A stretch of 64,000 nt of DNA, taken from positions 47,568 to 111,567 of IMG/VR virus record IMGVR_UViG_3300050821_004356. One strand, written 5' to 3'. The stretch comes from a virus. The position numbers were made by a program, and so were the translations under genes. The notes under the pieces were generated by a model. That model saw only the letters and a program-made list of their open reading frames with translations, did not search any database and was not told where the DNA came from. The number at the start of each line of letters is the position of its first letter. Position 1 is the stretch's first letter. Shown piece after piece: positions 20,722 to 30,760 of the stretch.

Positions 20722-21270
20722 TTATTCTCCTATATTTACAAGCGATTTTAAAGTTTTAAACAGTTCCTCTTTGTTGAAAAATATGTCCGTAGCGAATTGG
20801 TGCATCACTTCAACCCTCTCAGGCTCCTCATCAAAAAGAATAAAACCGGGTTTTCCCTTTCCGATTACGTACCCTAGTTCGAGATGACCGCTCTTACCTG
20901 CGGGCATTACCATCACAGCTGCGTCACAGCGATCTATATGAGACTTATCAAATGCGAAAATATGACGCGCCGCGTAGCTCTGTAAGGTCTGCTTATAGTT
21001 CCGACCACGAGCCTTTGAATAATCTCTCAAGAAGTCATCGGCATCTGGTCCGCAAGAAAACCAATCCGAAAAGGCCTCGAATCCTTGTTCCTGCAATTCG
21101 TTCGCAAAGGATACGATTGCTGGGTTACGAAGCGATCCGATTATGTAAATCGATTTTGCTTTAATTGTAGTGTTTGTGCTCCCAATTGTAATGCACCCGG
21201 GACAATCGCTTCTCGACGCCCATCCTTGATGATCGATATGAGCCTTTGTGTTGTTGTTGTCCCAAACCAT
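20722..21270 (-). CDS. nucleoside 2-deoxyribosyltransferase-like protein
   Basis: IYIIGS, FAFD...IDRCD, GKSGHLELGY; start at MVWD (TAATG overlap). Confidence 0.75.
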   Translation of the reverse strand: MVWDNNNTKAHIDHQGWASRSDCPGCITIGSTNTTIKAKSIYIIGSLRNPAIVSFANELQEQGFEAFSDWFSCGPDADDFLRDYSKARGRNYKQTLQSYAARHIFAFDKSHIDRCDAAVMVMPAGKSGHLELGYVIGKGKPGFILFDEEPERVEVMHQFATDIFFNKEELFKTLKSLVNIGE

Positions 21271-21830
21271 TACGCCGCCTTTTTTCTCTTGCTGAGCTCT
21301 TTGAACCTTTCCAAGAATTTCTTCTCGGCCTTCTCGGGCGTCCAGCGAGTGATCTTCACTCTCGCAGATACCCCGCCGGTTCCCCACTTAATTTTCCAAC
21401 GGTGGTTACCCGCGATCAGCTGTTCCTTCTCGGCGTACAACAAAAGATTATCGGCGTAATGCACTGACGGCGGTTGAACCAAAGCCAGCCCATACTTAAC
21501 AGCTATTGAATTTTGTACAACTGTTTCTTGGGCTCGATACGCTGGACCGGCCTGGGTGAAATGTTTCAACGGGCGGTTCATATCGCCCATGTACGCTTCG
21601 CTCCCATCGTGCATGAGCCTGTCGAATGCCTCGTCCTCAGGTCCGATAAAACTGCAGTACCAGCTGTGTTGCGCAATCGAATAGTGATACTTAGTGTGAC
21701 CTGTCCAGCGGCACTGGTAAGCTAATGAGTGCGCGATATCCCGAATGTCGATGTCCTTCAACCGTGGCTGGAGCAGGTAAAACTTCTTTCCGGTAAATGT
21801 CGAAATCCACGCCTTACTAACGTCTCTCAT
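21270..21830 (-). CDS. HD-domain 5'-deoxynucleotidase (YfdR/YfbR-like)
   Basis: DIAHSLA..CRW.GH...YSIAQH, LMHDGSEAYMGD..PLK. Confidence 0.88.
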   Translation of the reverse strand: MRDVSKAWISTFTGKKFYLLQPRLKDIDIRDIAHSLAYQCRWTGHTKYHYSIAQHSWYCSFIGPEDEAFDRLMHDGSEAYMGDMNRPLKHFTQAGPAYRAQETVVQNSIAVKYGLALVQPPSVHYADNLLLYAEKEQLIAGNHRWKIKWGTGGVSARVKITRWTPEKAEKKFLERFKELSKRKKAA

Positions 21831-22347
21831 TCGCTCCCTTTCTTAATGTGAGGTACGAGTATAAAGCTAATGCACGAACCTTAAGTTGTTCTAACGTTCC
21901 GTTGTTATCGAGAATATAGTCAGCCATCGACGGTAGCACCGAAGTCGATGCAGTCGACTCAGGCGGTACGTACTGGCTGCGGTCTACCCAAATGCTGTAA
22001 TCGAAAAGACCCTCGTCTCGGATTGCTTCAAACTCCACCACGTTTCGAATGCCCACGTAAATATCGTTATCCGCATAAATTTCACGAGCAAGCTTAGCGC
22101 TATCCGGTGTGTTGTACGCCTTGATCTGCTCGTACCAATCCTGGCGACGATTCACGCGATCCGCGTAACAATCTTCGAGATTTGCGTAAGTGATACCCTT
22201 CGATGCAAGAAAGGGCACCATCACCTTTTCAGCTGCTGCGAAACTTGAAGACACGAACCGGAGACCTAATGACTTGTGTAGAATCTCAGCGACCGTGTCC
22301 TTACCGTGTCGAGCATAACCGAATATCATGAGCTTCGGTCTGCTCAC
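21817..22347 (-). CDS. deoxynucleoside monophosphate kinase-like protein
   Basis: GYARHGKDT P-loop, GIR...EF, AD..LDNNG. Confidence 0.75.
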   Translation of the reverse strand: MSRPKLMIFGYARHGKDTVAEILHKSLGLRFVSSSFAAAEKVMVPFLASKGITYANLEDCYADRVNRRQDWYEQIKAYNTPDSAKLAREIYADNDIYVGIRNVVEFEAIRDEGLFDYSIWVDRSQYVPPESTASTSVLPSMADYILDNNGTLEQLKVRALALYSYLTLRKGANERR

Positions 22348-22559
22348 GCCTTGCTCACTCCCTCGATTTCGATTTCGGTGTCGATGATGTCACCGGGTGC
22401 TTCCCACAATCTGTTAAAGCTGTTTTTCATTTCACGGGCCTTTGTTAGAGCTTCTTCTAAAGAAGTCGCGCCTTCCATCTCGGCGTAGAAATAAACATTG
22501 GCTTTCACTTGGACTTGAAACTTCGGCTTGTTTTCTTTTTTACTCACTAGGCTCTCCAT
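22344..22559 (-). CDS. hypothetical protein
   Basis: Coupled ORF. Confidence 0.5.
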   Translation of the reverse strand: MESLVSKKENKPKFQVQVKANVYFYAEMEGATSLEEALTKAREMKNSFNRLWEAPGDIIDTEIEIEGVSKA

Positions 22560-24202
22560 TTATTCGCGTAGATTGTGATTAGCGATCTCTTGCCATTCGG
22601 ATACGTCACGATATGCGTGTGCGTCCAATTGCTCGGACCTTTTGTGTAATCCCAGCGCAACTTACTAGTTGTGCCCGCAACGTACAAGCCATTGTATATG
22701 CCGGTGGCGTGTGTGTGTGCTGTGTTGGCCTTGCGTGCCATCTTAGATAGATTCTCAGGCGTTCCGAATCGTCCCGCAGGGCCGAGGTGACCGTGCATTC
22801 CGTTTTCGATCTTCTTACCGCAAGTCTTAAATGGCTCGTCGGTCAACAAGAACTTTGTCTTAGCTTTGTAACCGCCATACTCGCGCAGCGCATATTCAAG
22901 CACGTTGATGTCGCGAACCATCTTCGGATTGGCTGTGCGAGCGCGAGACTGTTCGTCAGTAACACCATTGCGAATCTCTTTGTACAGATACTTTTGTAGG
23001 TCAAGAAATATTTCGGTGTTGGGAGGGTCCTTCCGATAGTCGTATTCTCGGAGCCACTTCTTAATCCACGCGTCGTCATGGTTTGAATCTACGATAATGG
23101 TCTTCGAGAACGGGCGTTCGTAGCGATCTAATAACTTGACTGTATCGATCAACTCGTTGTCTAGCTTATGATATCCACGAAGCCAGGTATGAAATTTCTC
23201 GTGATTCGTTTTATACTTGCGCTGATGTGGGTTGACTGCCGCGCCTTCCATTACGTCATGCAAGAATTGAAACTTTGGCTGAAGCGCGTCGACCATTTCG
23301 AGTGAAGTTTTGACTACGTTCGGGTCGGCAAAGACGCCATGCAAGTCACCGTGCGTGATTGCCTCGACGCGATTGCCCTTCGTGATATGACCGTTGTCCA
23401 CGATAATATCTAAGTCTTGGATTGTGCCCTTCTCATCTTCGTTCAACTGGCGTACCCACCAGTTACCATCTGAGTTCACTTCGACCAGGAGCCCACCGTA
23501 AATGTGGTGAAACTCTGCGATCACGCCTTCGCGCTTCTGAATATAGTTGCGCTGCGTCACGGTGCCAGTCGTATAGTTCAGCTTCACGCCTTCACCTTGC
23601 ATCGTTGCGATAGATCGCATTGCTAACTTAGCATGAGGAAAGATTGCCGACGCACGGCCTGTATATGATTCGAGTCCAGCCAGGGGATTGACGGCGGTTG
23701 GCAGGATGTTCATTTCTCCACACCAAACTAGACCTGGTGCGAGCTCAATACGTTCATCGTTGATGTATTTTGTTATGAACGGATCGTACCACAGTTCCGT
23801 TTCCTTGTCTGCTGCCTTACCACGCTTCACGCTCAGCTTGCCATACGCATTCTGATTGTACGTGAAGGTGCCTACAATAATTTCAGCGTTGTAATATTCA
23901 GCTAATGTCAGCAAATTTTGCCACGCAGATTTGTGTAAGTGCGTATTATTTTGGGCGGATGTTAGAATGTATCGGCGAACTTCGCCTTTCTTGGGTAGGG
24001 TGCGTTTGACGGACTTTGTACCTTCCTCGGAGCCCGCTGCAATAGGTTTGTCTAACTTACCAAGCGGTGTTAGCTTGCGGCGTACAGACGAACGGCTGAT
24101 GCCGAGCTCTTTTGCGGTAGCGCGGATGTTACCTGCGTTTCTTTCAAAAGCTGCTAAGACATCTTCCGGCGACTTTCTATCTGCTTTAGCGACTACTGTC
24201 AT
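22547..24202 (-). CDS. HTH plus calcineurin-like metallophosphoesterase
   Basis: N-terminal HTH (TAKELGISRSSVRR); GDLH, HD, SNHD, HGH and AHTH motifs. Confidence 0.75.
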   Translation of the reverse strand: MTVVAKADRKSPEDVLAAFERNAGNIRATAKELGISRSSVRRKLTPLGKLDKPIAAGSEEGTKSVKRTLPKKGEVRRYILTSAQNNTHLHKSAWQNLLTLAEYYNAEIIVGTFTYNQNAYGKLSVKRGKAADKETELWYDPFITKYINDERIELAPGLVWCGEMNILPTAVNPLAGLESYTGRASAIFPHAKLAMRSIATMQGEGVKLNYTTGTVTQRNYIQKREGVIAEFHHIYGGLLVEVNSDGNWWVRQLNEDEKGTIQDLDIIVDNGHITKGNRVEAITHGDLHGVFADPNVVKTSLEMVDALQPKFQFLHDVMEGAAVNPHQRKYKTNHEKFHTWLRGYHKLDNELIDTVKLLDRYERPFSKTIIVDSNHDDAWIKKWLREYDYRKDPPNTEIFLDLQKYLYKEIRNGVTDEQSRARTANPKMVRDINVLEYALREYGGYKAKTKFLLTDEPFKTCGKKIENGMHGHLGPAGRFGTPENLSKMARKANTAHTHATGIYNGLYVAGTTSKLRWDYTKGPSNWTHTHIVTYPNGKRSLITIYANKWRA

Positions 24203-24885
24203 GGCTTTATGATCTCCCGGCTGACAAATCCAGCAACAAATCCGATGCCAAACCATTTCATTTTACCTTTACGCGCGTTTGCTTTCTCTGCATTTAGCAC
24301 TTTAGCGTCTGTATCAATCTGGTCTTTTAAGACTTTCTTGTCTTCGACTATGATGTTCGCTTGGTCAGCTATCGTTGCTGTTTGATTTTTGATTATTCCG
24401 TTTTGCTGTACGACCGTTTGTGCGTCCGCTATGCCTTGGTCTAGCCTTGTGACTATATCGACAGCTAATGGCAACGGCACTATCAAATCCTGGGTCGAAT
24501 CTAGAGTGATTGTCCCTTGTTTAAATCCCGTAATAGTCTCTATGCGATGTCCTAAATCCGGCGCAGGCAGGGCCTTGTCGTGTATAATTTGGACTTTTGC
24601 TTGTGACTGTGTTTGGGATATTGTTAATAGGAAAGCTGCGTTATCTTTGTCGCGTTGGGCCTGGTTGGCTGCGAACAGATTCGCAAGTTGTGTGCTGTGG
24701 TCCTTCTCGACGGCCAGTGCTTGCTCGGCCTGGTTGGCTCTCGCGGTCTCGATGGCCGCATATTTGGATTCAAAGAGGTAAACGCCCGAGAGCAGCGCTA
24801 TGCCTAGCAGAATGTATAGCACGGCGTGGTGCGCGGTTATCCAAACGCCTGCCTTGGATTCGATACTTTGTATTTCAGTTGTCAT
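24199..24885 (-). CDS. membrane-anchored coiled-coil protein (spanin-like)
   Basis: N-terminal TM helix, coiled coil, C-terminal hydrophobic WFGIGFVAGF. Confidence 0.5.
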   Translation of the reverse strand: MTTEIQSIESKAGVWITAHHAVLYILLGIALLSGVYLFESKYAAIETARANQAEQALAVEKDHSTQLANLFAANQAQRDKDNAAFLLTISQTQSQAKVQIIHDKALPAPDLGHRIETITGFKQGTITLDSTQDLIVPLPLAVDIVTRLDQGIADAQTVVQQNGIIKNQTATIADQANIIVEDKKVLKDQIDTDAKVLNAEKANARKGKMKWFGIGFVAGFVSREIIKP

Positions 24886-25352
24886 TCATGCTCCCCCTTC
24901 CTTTGGATCGGTAGTTTAGGGGCATGCCCCTGATCTTTGCTTTTTATTCGCGCGAGCCTTTTCAACATTGCTCGATGTTTCTTGGTTCCTACTTTCCCGG
25001 GATAGCCATAGTGGTCATAACCTAGCGCCTGGGATGCGGGGGGATTTTCCAAATAGATGTGTAGCATACGAACGATATACAGCAAAGTTACCCCTTCTTC
25101 TTTATGCAGGCCCAGTCGGACAAAAGCGTTCTCTAACTTACCTAACAAAGGATTACATTGAGAACAAAGCAAACCTCTAAACAGGCCATCCGAGTGGGCG
25201 TGGTCGGATGCCAAGCGTTGGTTTGGTCGACGCTCTAGTCGGCCGCATAGAGCGCAACGTTTCTTTTGAAACGCCTCTACGCGATCCCATTTTTCGACAG
25301 TTAGTTTAAAACTGTCCATTAAACGTTTTTCTCTTGCTTTTATGCTTTCCAT
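24882..25352 (-). CDS. endonuclease VII-like nuclease
   Basis: CALC, DHAH..G.FRGLLC..CN..LG. Confidence 0.85.
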   Translation of the reverse strand: MESIKAREKRLMDSFKLTVEKWDRVEAFQKKRCALCGRLERRPNQRLASDHAHSDGLFRGLLCSQCNPLLGKLENAFVRLGLHKEEGVTLLYIVRMLHIYLENPPASQALGYDHYGYPGKVGTKKHRAMLKRLARIKSKDQGHAPKLPIQRKGEHE

Positions 25353-25920
25353 TCATCGGATCGGTTAAATAGGGGCATGCTAGATGCTAGCGTAAGTGAG
25401 CCCACGCCAATTAACGCGCACATACTTGGTGCGCCATCTTTCTCCAACCCACTGGCTAGTGTGGATCACTCCTGACTCTGGTACATCAGTTACGATCTTC
25501 ATTTCGCCCGTGTAAATCTTGTGCAACAAAAGGCAGGTGTGAAAATTTTCAATCTTACCTAGCTTGTCTGCGCGTACAGGGAACAACGCAGTCAATACGT
25601 AGAAATTAAATAAGTCGGTGCCGAGCACGAATTCCTCCTAGGAATTTTTGTAAACTGTATTTGCTAACCATACGTCGCTTAAGTCGAGCAACTCGTTGAT
25701 TCTTTCGATTCGAATTATATCGACCTCAGGGCCGTCTTTGGTTCGAGCAAAGAATTGTTCCTTCGTATACTCGTAATCATCAAGATTCATTTTCCCTCCC
25801 GAGTTGCTTCGGTTGCGTTGCCTATCTTGAGAGCGAATCGAATCGTTTCTGCTTCTTGCGCCTTCTGCTCTTGAATTCGCTTTTGTTGGCGCGACGGGAT
25901 TGTGCGATCACGGTACAACA

Positions 25921-26181
25921 TCAGGTTTTCTCGTTCGTACCCATGTCGGACATTACTGCGTGACGGTCGCGACGATTCACGTTGCGCTGGATGCGGTTGC
26001 GCAGTTTGAAAAATTCGCCCATCAGTTCGTTGTGGCGTTTCGCCAAGGCGCTGGCGTTGTTGAACACCACAAACTTGGTGTCGGTCGGTACGCCTGCCTC
26101 GGTGCAAGCCATGATCCAAGCTTTCCTGATTTCGATCTTCGCTAGGTTCAGCTGGTTGGCTTCTTTTTGTGTCATCGGCAT
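25921..26181 (-). CDS. small hypothetical protein
   Basis: GAGG RBS then MPMTQKE, downstream of promoter 26204-26232. Confidence 0.6.
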   Translation of the reverse strand: MPMTQKEANQLNLAKIEIRKAWIMACTEAGVPTDTKFVVFNNASALAKRHNELMGEFFKLRNRIQRNVNRRDRHAVMSDMGTNEKT

Positions 26182-26203
26182 CTTTGTGTTCCTCACTGTT
26201 AAG

Positions 26204-26266
26204 AGTATCTCACGAGACTGGTTTTCGTGCAATAGTACTGTGGTTACATCCTACTAGTGGTACTTT
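26204..26266 (-). promoter_or_regulatory. repeated promoter with AGTAC(C/T)A boxes
   Basis: TTGCAC-17-GATACT; boxes at 26233 and 26258. Confidence 0.65.
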
Positions 26267-26606
26267 TAGTCTGATACTCCCTATACAATTTCTTAGGTGG
26301 CGGGCAAGAGCGCATATACCGCTGTAGTTGTTTAACACGACGTGTCATTTTCAAATACGGTAATAACATGTTGGCAAAACGATGCGCTTTTGCACCATTA
26401 AATACTAAAACCCACTGACGTTTATGGTGTAGTTTAGCTCGTGTACGCGGGTGTATCCTACCAAAACCAACAAACTTTAGAATACTAGAAAGAATGGTAC
26501 GTTCTGTTTGTACAATGCAAAGACTTAACGAATGCCTGTCTTTTGTACCCGCGTAAGACACAGAGCCTTCGCCTTCATAAAATCCCGCTATCCACTCCCA
26601 GTTCAT
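26244..26606 (-). CDS. single-motif LAGLIDADG homing endonuclease
   Basis: WIAGFYEGEGS motif, IVQTE, LLPYL. Confidence 0.85.
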   Translation of the reverse strand: MNWEWIAGFYEGEGSVSYAGTKDRHSLSLCIVQTERTILSSILKFVGFGRIHPRTRAKLHHKRQWVLVFNGAKAHRFANMLLPYLKMTRRVKQLQRYMRSCPPPKKLYREYQTKSTTSRM

Positions 26607-27171
26607 ACTACTACCTACTTCCGCGTGACTTGATCAAACGTTTGATATACGCGAGTGCGATGGTGGCTTCGTAGTCGTCTAAATCCTGGGCAAGGGCAAC
26701 GATCTCACCTTGTGCGGCCTTAGGGAATATATGTGGTTCTTTAAATACTGGTATATCCCGAAACGATTTATAATTCACGCTCTCACCCCTGACGGAAACG
26801 TCTTAGTGTACGTCTTAGTAGCTAGGTCGTACGATTGTTTCGGCCGACCGACCTTCTTGTCTTGGAGCCGCTTGGCGCGCGATGTTGGATTCTTCCGAGA
26901 GTTGTGATCCTTCTGACCTGCGCTTTTAAGAGCCATATTTTCTCCTGTTATCTTCCGAGTGCTACGACAAAAGCTAATACCGGTGTGCGCAAGATACACA
27001 ACATTGGGATGAACCACATGTAGAATAAAATCGCTTTCCACTTTGCGTCTGATGTGCTCGTCTCTAGCACATGCTGTTGCCAGCCTTCGCCTGCCCAGGG
27101 ATTGTCGGAGTACAGCCTTTTTCTTTCAGCTTGTTCCCACGCTGCCTGATTACGCATCTCTTGTGTGGCTA

Positions 27172-27591
27172 TCACGCGACCACCTTTCGATTGTCGAACC
27201 GACCGTACCGGAAGCGGTCGCGAAACAAAACTGCGCCGTCGAATTCGGGATCAGTGATATCACCGGCGATCTTTTTCTTGTCGACCTTGCCGTACCCTTT
27301 GATGCCATACACGATGCCAGTCTCCGCTTCCAGCATCCACGCGCCGGAACCACCAACGTCCAGACGGATGTACTTGTCGCCGACATGCGCGTGTTTCTCT
27401 TCACGCTCATCGAACCAATTGCCTTCAGGCTTATAGTTTTTCATATAGTCGGCGCGATGCGCTTCATGCCACTGATCAAGAACCTGTTTCAAGCGGTCAA
27501 ACACGCCCTGCTGGCCCAGGTAGTATCCCGTTTGATACTGGCTACCAAGAGGCAGCGTGACTTCGACTTTGCCGTTGTAAATTCTGCTCAT
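27172..27591 (-). CDS. hypothetical protein
   Basis: AGGAGA RBS then MSRIY; KYIRLD..GS...G.VY pattern. Confidence 0.6.
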   Translation of the reverse strand: MSRIYNGKVEVTLPLGSQYQTGYYLGQQGVFDRLKQVLDQWHEAHRADYMKNYKPEGNWFDEREEKHAHVGDKYIRLDVGGSGAWMLEAETGIVYGIKGYGKVDKKKIAGDITDPEFDGAVLFRDRFRYGRFDNRKVVA

Positions 27592-27610
27592 GTGTTCTCC
27601 TCTACGAAAC

Positions 27611-27670
27611 ATCCTCTCAAATTTCGCGACCTACGTCAATGGTACTCGCGTGGTACTTTCGACTGGTACT
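27611..27670 (-). promoter_or_regulatory. repeated promoter with AGTACCA boxes
   Basis: TTGACG-17-GAGGAT; boxes at 27640, 27651 and 27664. Confidence 0.7.
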
Positions 27671-27863
27671 AGCGTACGATGATGTTGTAAACCTTGCTGC
27701 CATCAGTTAGCGTTTCTTCTTCAAGCGAAAGGTAAACAGTGTTGTAGCCAAAATTCTTCTTCATGTCAACGAGTGTCCCGTTATGGCCACTGTATTGTAC
27801 TAAGCGTTGCAATGAGTCGATTAACTGTTGCGCCGTTGTTGCGGTCTCGTTTGCGATGATCAT
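27669..27863 (-). CDS. hypothetical protein
   Basis: Coupled ORF. Confidence 0.5.
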   Translation of the reverse strand: MIIANETATTAQQLIDSLQRLVQYSGHNGTLVDMKKNFGYNTVYLSLEEETLTDGSKVYNIIVR

Positions 27864-28186
27864 GCTTTCCTCACTTCGTTGTTTGTCTTGTCGAGCACCA
27901 TACCGTCGAAGTACATGTCCCTTTCGATCTTCAATCCAAAACGGCCGCGTATAGATTCCAGTTCACTCAGCAAGGTATAGCCAAGCTCGTCAACATCGAG
28001 CCCGGTAACCAGACCGAAAAATTGCCAGTCCCCGTGATGCAACCACTTAGCTTCGACTACATATAACGTGTAGCCTGACCAAGGGGCAAAGAACTTCACC
28101 AGCACAGGCACCACGTTCTGATTCTCGGTGCTGTATAGCGGATTCTTTTCGAGTTTTTTGATGATCGCAGCCGTGAGCAATTTCAT
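27860..28186 (-). CDS. DUF2958-like protein
   Basis: LYSTE...VKFFAPW...YVVE..FFGLV.G..ELGY..LSEL...IERDMYF. Confidence 0.75.
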   Translation of the reverse strand: MKLLTAAIIKKLEKNPLYSTENQNVVPVLVKFFAPWSGYTLYVVEAKWLHHGDWQFFGLVTGLDVDELGYTLLSELESIRGRFGLKIERDMYFDGMVLDKTNNEVRKA

Positions 28187-28376
28187 GATCTCTCCTCTTT
28201 GCGACGCTCAATCTTAAAACGTAGACCTTGAATATTGAAGCCGCCTACCCTGCCCTTCATGCGGCCGGTTTGCATCGTCATAAACACGATGCCGTTTTCC
28301 AAATTGACGTGGGTTACTAGACCACGTCCGTACCAAAAGCTGTTCATCTTTTTCGTGACGGTCGCCGTAACGATTG

Positions 28377-28631
28377 TCATTTTGCCTCCAAAGAAGCTTT
28401 GTTTTGTATAGTCGCAAAACGATTATGGCCCCAAATAGCTTTACGGCGTTTCGCAGTGGTAACGATATCGTACGCGATGCGACTGGCGACGTCGGCTTGG
28501 ATACCCTCGTCGACCATGATCTGCATAACGATAGCGTGGCTAATGATCTGCATAACGATAGCGTGGCTACGGAGTAAGTTCGTCGTATGGCGGCGTTCCT
28601 TTGCGCGCATTGCTGGGCGGCCAAGAGACAT
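28377..28631 (-). CDS. hypothetical protein with internal 9-aa duplication
   Basis: Coupled ORF. Confidence 0.45.
   Translation of the reverse strand: MSLGRPAMRAKERRHTTNLLRSHAIVMQIISHAIVMQIMVDEGIQADVASRIAYDIVTTAKRRKAIWGHNRFATIQNKASLEAK
28516..28569. repeat. perfect 27-bp tandem duplication
   Basis: ATGATCTGCATAACGATAGCGTGGCTA x2. Confidence 0.9.
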
Positions 28632-28903
28632 TAGCGTTTCACCATGTGAGAATCGTCATACGTGACTAAAGTCGTCGAGCCATCTTCGTAAGGTGTCGTT
28701 GAGCAAATAGTCCCGATCTTGCGATCTTCTAAGCTAGTTTCGATGCTGCGAGGCATATGCCGCCAGTGATCATAGGCTACATCAAATTCGCGTGACACCA
28801 GGATAACCCCGCGACCAGCTTCGGTCACGAAATACAAGTTAGGCGAACCGTTGTCGCCGATAACCTCGCTCGCCAGTTCTTCGAGTTGTCTGATCTTTGC
28901 CAT
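28631..28903 (-). CDS. hypothetical protein
   Basis: GGAGG RBS then MAKIRQ. Confidence 0.6.
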   Translation of the reverse strand: MAKIRQLEELASEVIGDNGSPNLYFVTEAGRGVILVSREFDVAYDHWRHMPRSIETSLEDRKIGTICSTTPYEDGSTTLVTYDDSHMVKR

Positions 28904-28922
28904 GTGTTCCTCCACTGGTACA

Positions 28923-28982
28923 ATTCTCTCAAATTTCACGCTTGAATGCAATAGTACTCCCGTGGTACTTTTCTTTAGTACT
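28923..28982 (-). promoter_or_regulatory. repeated promoter with AGTAC(C/T)A boxes
   Basis: TTGCAT-17-GAGAAT; boxes at 28952, 28963 and 28976. Confidence 0.7.
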
Positions 28983-29337
28983 AGATGTCGTTGTTGTTCG
29001 CTTCGTTGCACTCATCACAAGCGGTCCACGCAGCATCATAATCGTTATTTACGTCTCGACGATAACCGTTTGGGCGCTCGTGTACATCAGGCTTCGCCTT
29101 ACGGCAGCGCTGGCAAGTCTCCCAGTCGAGTATGAGTTTACCGTCCTTGATAGTACACGAACCGTCCTCGATGACATATGTTTCCATTGTGGTAGCATCA
29201 CCAGGTGTCGTACGCGCATTGACCTTGACCACACCGTTCTCTGACCACGGGTAGCTTACCAATTCTTTCCCGTCGACAATAGCCCACGGTTTGTAGCCTT
29301 GCCTGACAAGCGATCTTGATTTGCTGTTAGTGGTCAT
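28981..29337 (-). CDS. hypothetical Zn-finger protein
   Basis: GAGG RBS; two CxxC motifs. Confidence 0.6.
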   Translation of the reverse strand: MTTNSKSRSLVRQGYKPWAIVDGKELVSYPWSENGVVKVNARTTPGDATTMETYVIEDGSCTIKDGKLILDWETCQRCRKAKPDVHERPNGYRRDVNNDYDAAWTACDECNEANNNDI

Positions 29338-29571
29338 TTTAATACCTCGTTGTACCTGACTTTATATTCTCTAACTCGTTTTCGAGTTCAATGATTCTCG
29401 CTACAGCATCCGAGAACGCCTGGGTTGCGAACCAGCTATCGAACTGCGTGCAATTCTCCTCGTCGCTTGAAAAGCGACCTGTCTCTGGTGCCTCTGCTTT
29501 ACCAGGACGCAGGCGGTGGTGCCTGCGATAGTACAAGTCTCCGATTGCTTCGAAACGTTCGATTGGTGTAA

Positions 29572-29976
29572 TCACTTTTTCTCTCCTGGGTTGCATGACT
29601 TATACTTTTTAGCGCGCCATCGTCTATCTATTATGATGTTCGTAAATCCGTAACGTTTGCCTGTGATAAAACAAACGGTACACTCTAGCGTATCATACAA
29701 ACCAAGGCGTGGGTCGGACACAGTTACCAGATTCGTTTTACGCCAGTTATGTTGCGCGATGGCATCGTTGTCTTCAAACGTTACGTCTAATAGCTTGCGG
29801 GCTCGCTCGCCTGGTCGAAGCGTATTGTTGAAGTGATCTATGAGACGCAAACCGTATTCGCGCGCCTCTTTCTCGGTCTTGATCTCTGATCGATTGTAGT
29901 CTTCGATCCAAGGCTCGTCTAAGCGGTCGCCTTCGGGTCTAATTTCTAGATGCGCTACCTTTAAATTGAATTTCAT
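29572..29976 (-). CDS. hypothetical protein
   Basis: GGAGG RBS then MKFNL. Confidence 0.55.
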   Translation of the reverse strand: MKFNLKVAHLEIRPEGDRLDEPWIEDYNRSEIKTEKEAREYGLRLIDHFNNTLRPGERARKLLDVTFEDNDAIAQHNWRKTNLVTVSDPRLGLYDTLECTVCFITGKRYGFTNIIIDRRWRAKKYKSCNPGEKK

Positions 29977-30713
29977 AGTCCCTCCGTTTTTACCCAAACA
30001 ATTTCGCCTTTGTTGGGTTTGCCCAAACGCTTACACTTTGTATGCCAGCATCCGACATATATTCTACGCGTGTACCGGTGGCGCTTAACAGTCATGCCAC
30101 AATCTTTGCAAGTGCCTACCCAAGGCGCTTTACTTTCGATTACATCGGCACTGCTGTAGCAGCGCTCGGGCTTCGCGCCCACTTGGATGGCTGCGACCTT
30201 CCACTTCGTATTGTGGTGATGCCCGGGACCTACGATAGCGTGTGCGATCTCGTGCCTAAGCGTATCTGTAAATTGTTCCTCTGTGTTGAGCTCGGTGAGC
30301 TCGCGGCTCATCTTTATAAGTTTGTTGTGATACGTGCATTGGCCGAATCGTTGCTTCGCACGGTCCCACTGGAAGGTCCAGCCTTGTTGATACAAGCTGT
30401 ACTTTCGGAATTCGGAGTCCACTATATTCGTTGCGGTCAAAAGATTCACTGTGCCACCTCCGCGAATTTGCCGTTCTTGATATCGTCGATCAGATTGCAT
30501 ACCGTGATGTATCCTTGCCAATCGGCATTGATTGCGCCAGTCGAGTTGTCGACGCGCTGTACCAATATCAGTGGTGATGAAGTCGTAGACCATGCGGCAA
30601 AAACGCTTGGCCTCGTTCTTATCCATTGGCAATGGCGCATTTGCAGAGAATGCCAAGACTCGACGCGCCTTGAGTGTCAACTTTTTGTCGAGGTGCTTTG
30701 GTGTGATGTCCAT
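29973..30713 (-). CDS. SprT-like zinc metalloprotease
   Basis: RFGQC, HEIAH, H..KWK, C-terminal CxxC. Confidence 0.88.
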   Translation of the reverse strand: MDITPKHLDKKLTLKARRVLAFSANAPLPMDKNEAKRFCRMVYDFITTDIGTARRQLDWRNQCRLARIHHGMQSDRRYQERQIRGGGTVNLLTATNIVDSEFRKYSLYQQGWTFQWDRAKQRFGQCTYHNKLIKMSRELTELNTEEQFTDTLRHEIAHAIVGPGHHHNTKWKVAAIQVGAKPERCYSSADVIESKAPWVGTCKDCGMTVKRHRYTRRIYVGCWHTKCKRLGKPNKGEIVWVKTEGL

Positions 30714-30719
30714 ACTGGA

Positions 30720-30755
30720 ATAATCTCACGACACCGACAATTCACCTATAGTACG
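30720..30755 (-). promoter_or_regulatory. repeated promoter, probably giving a leaderless transcript
   Basis: TGA-GATTAT 6 nt before ATG 30713; GTACTA box at the same offset as in the other copies. Confidence 0.55.
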
Positions 30756-30760
30756 AGTGG

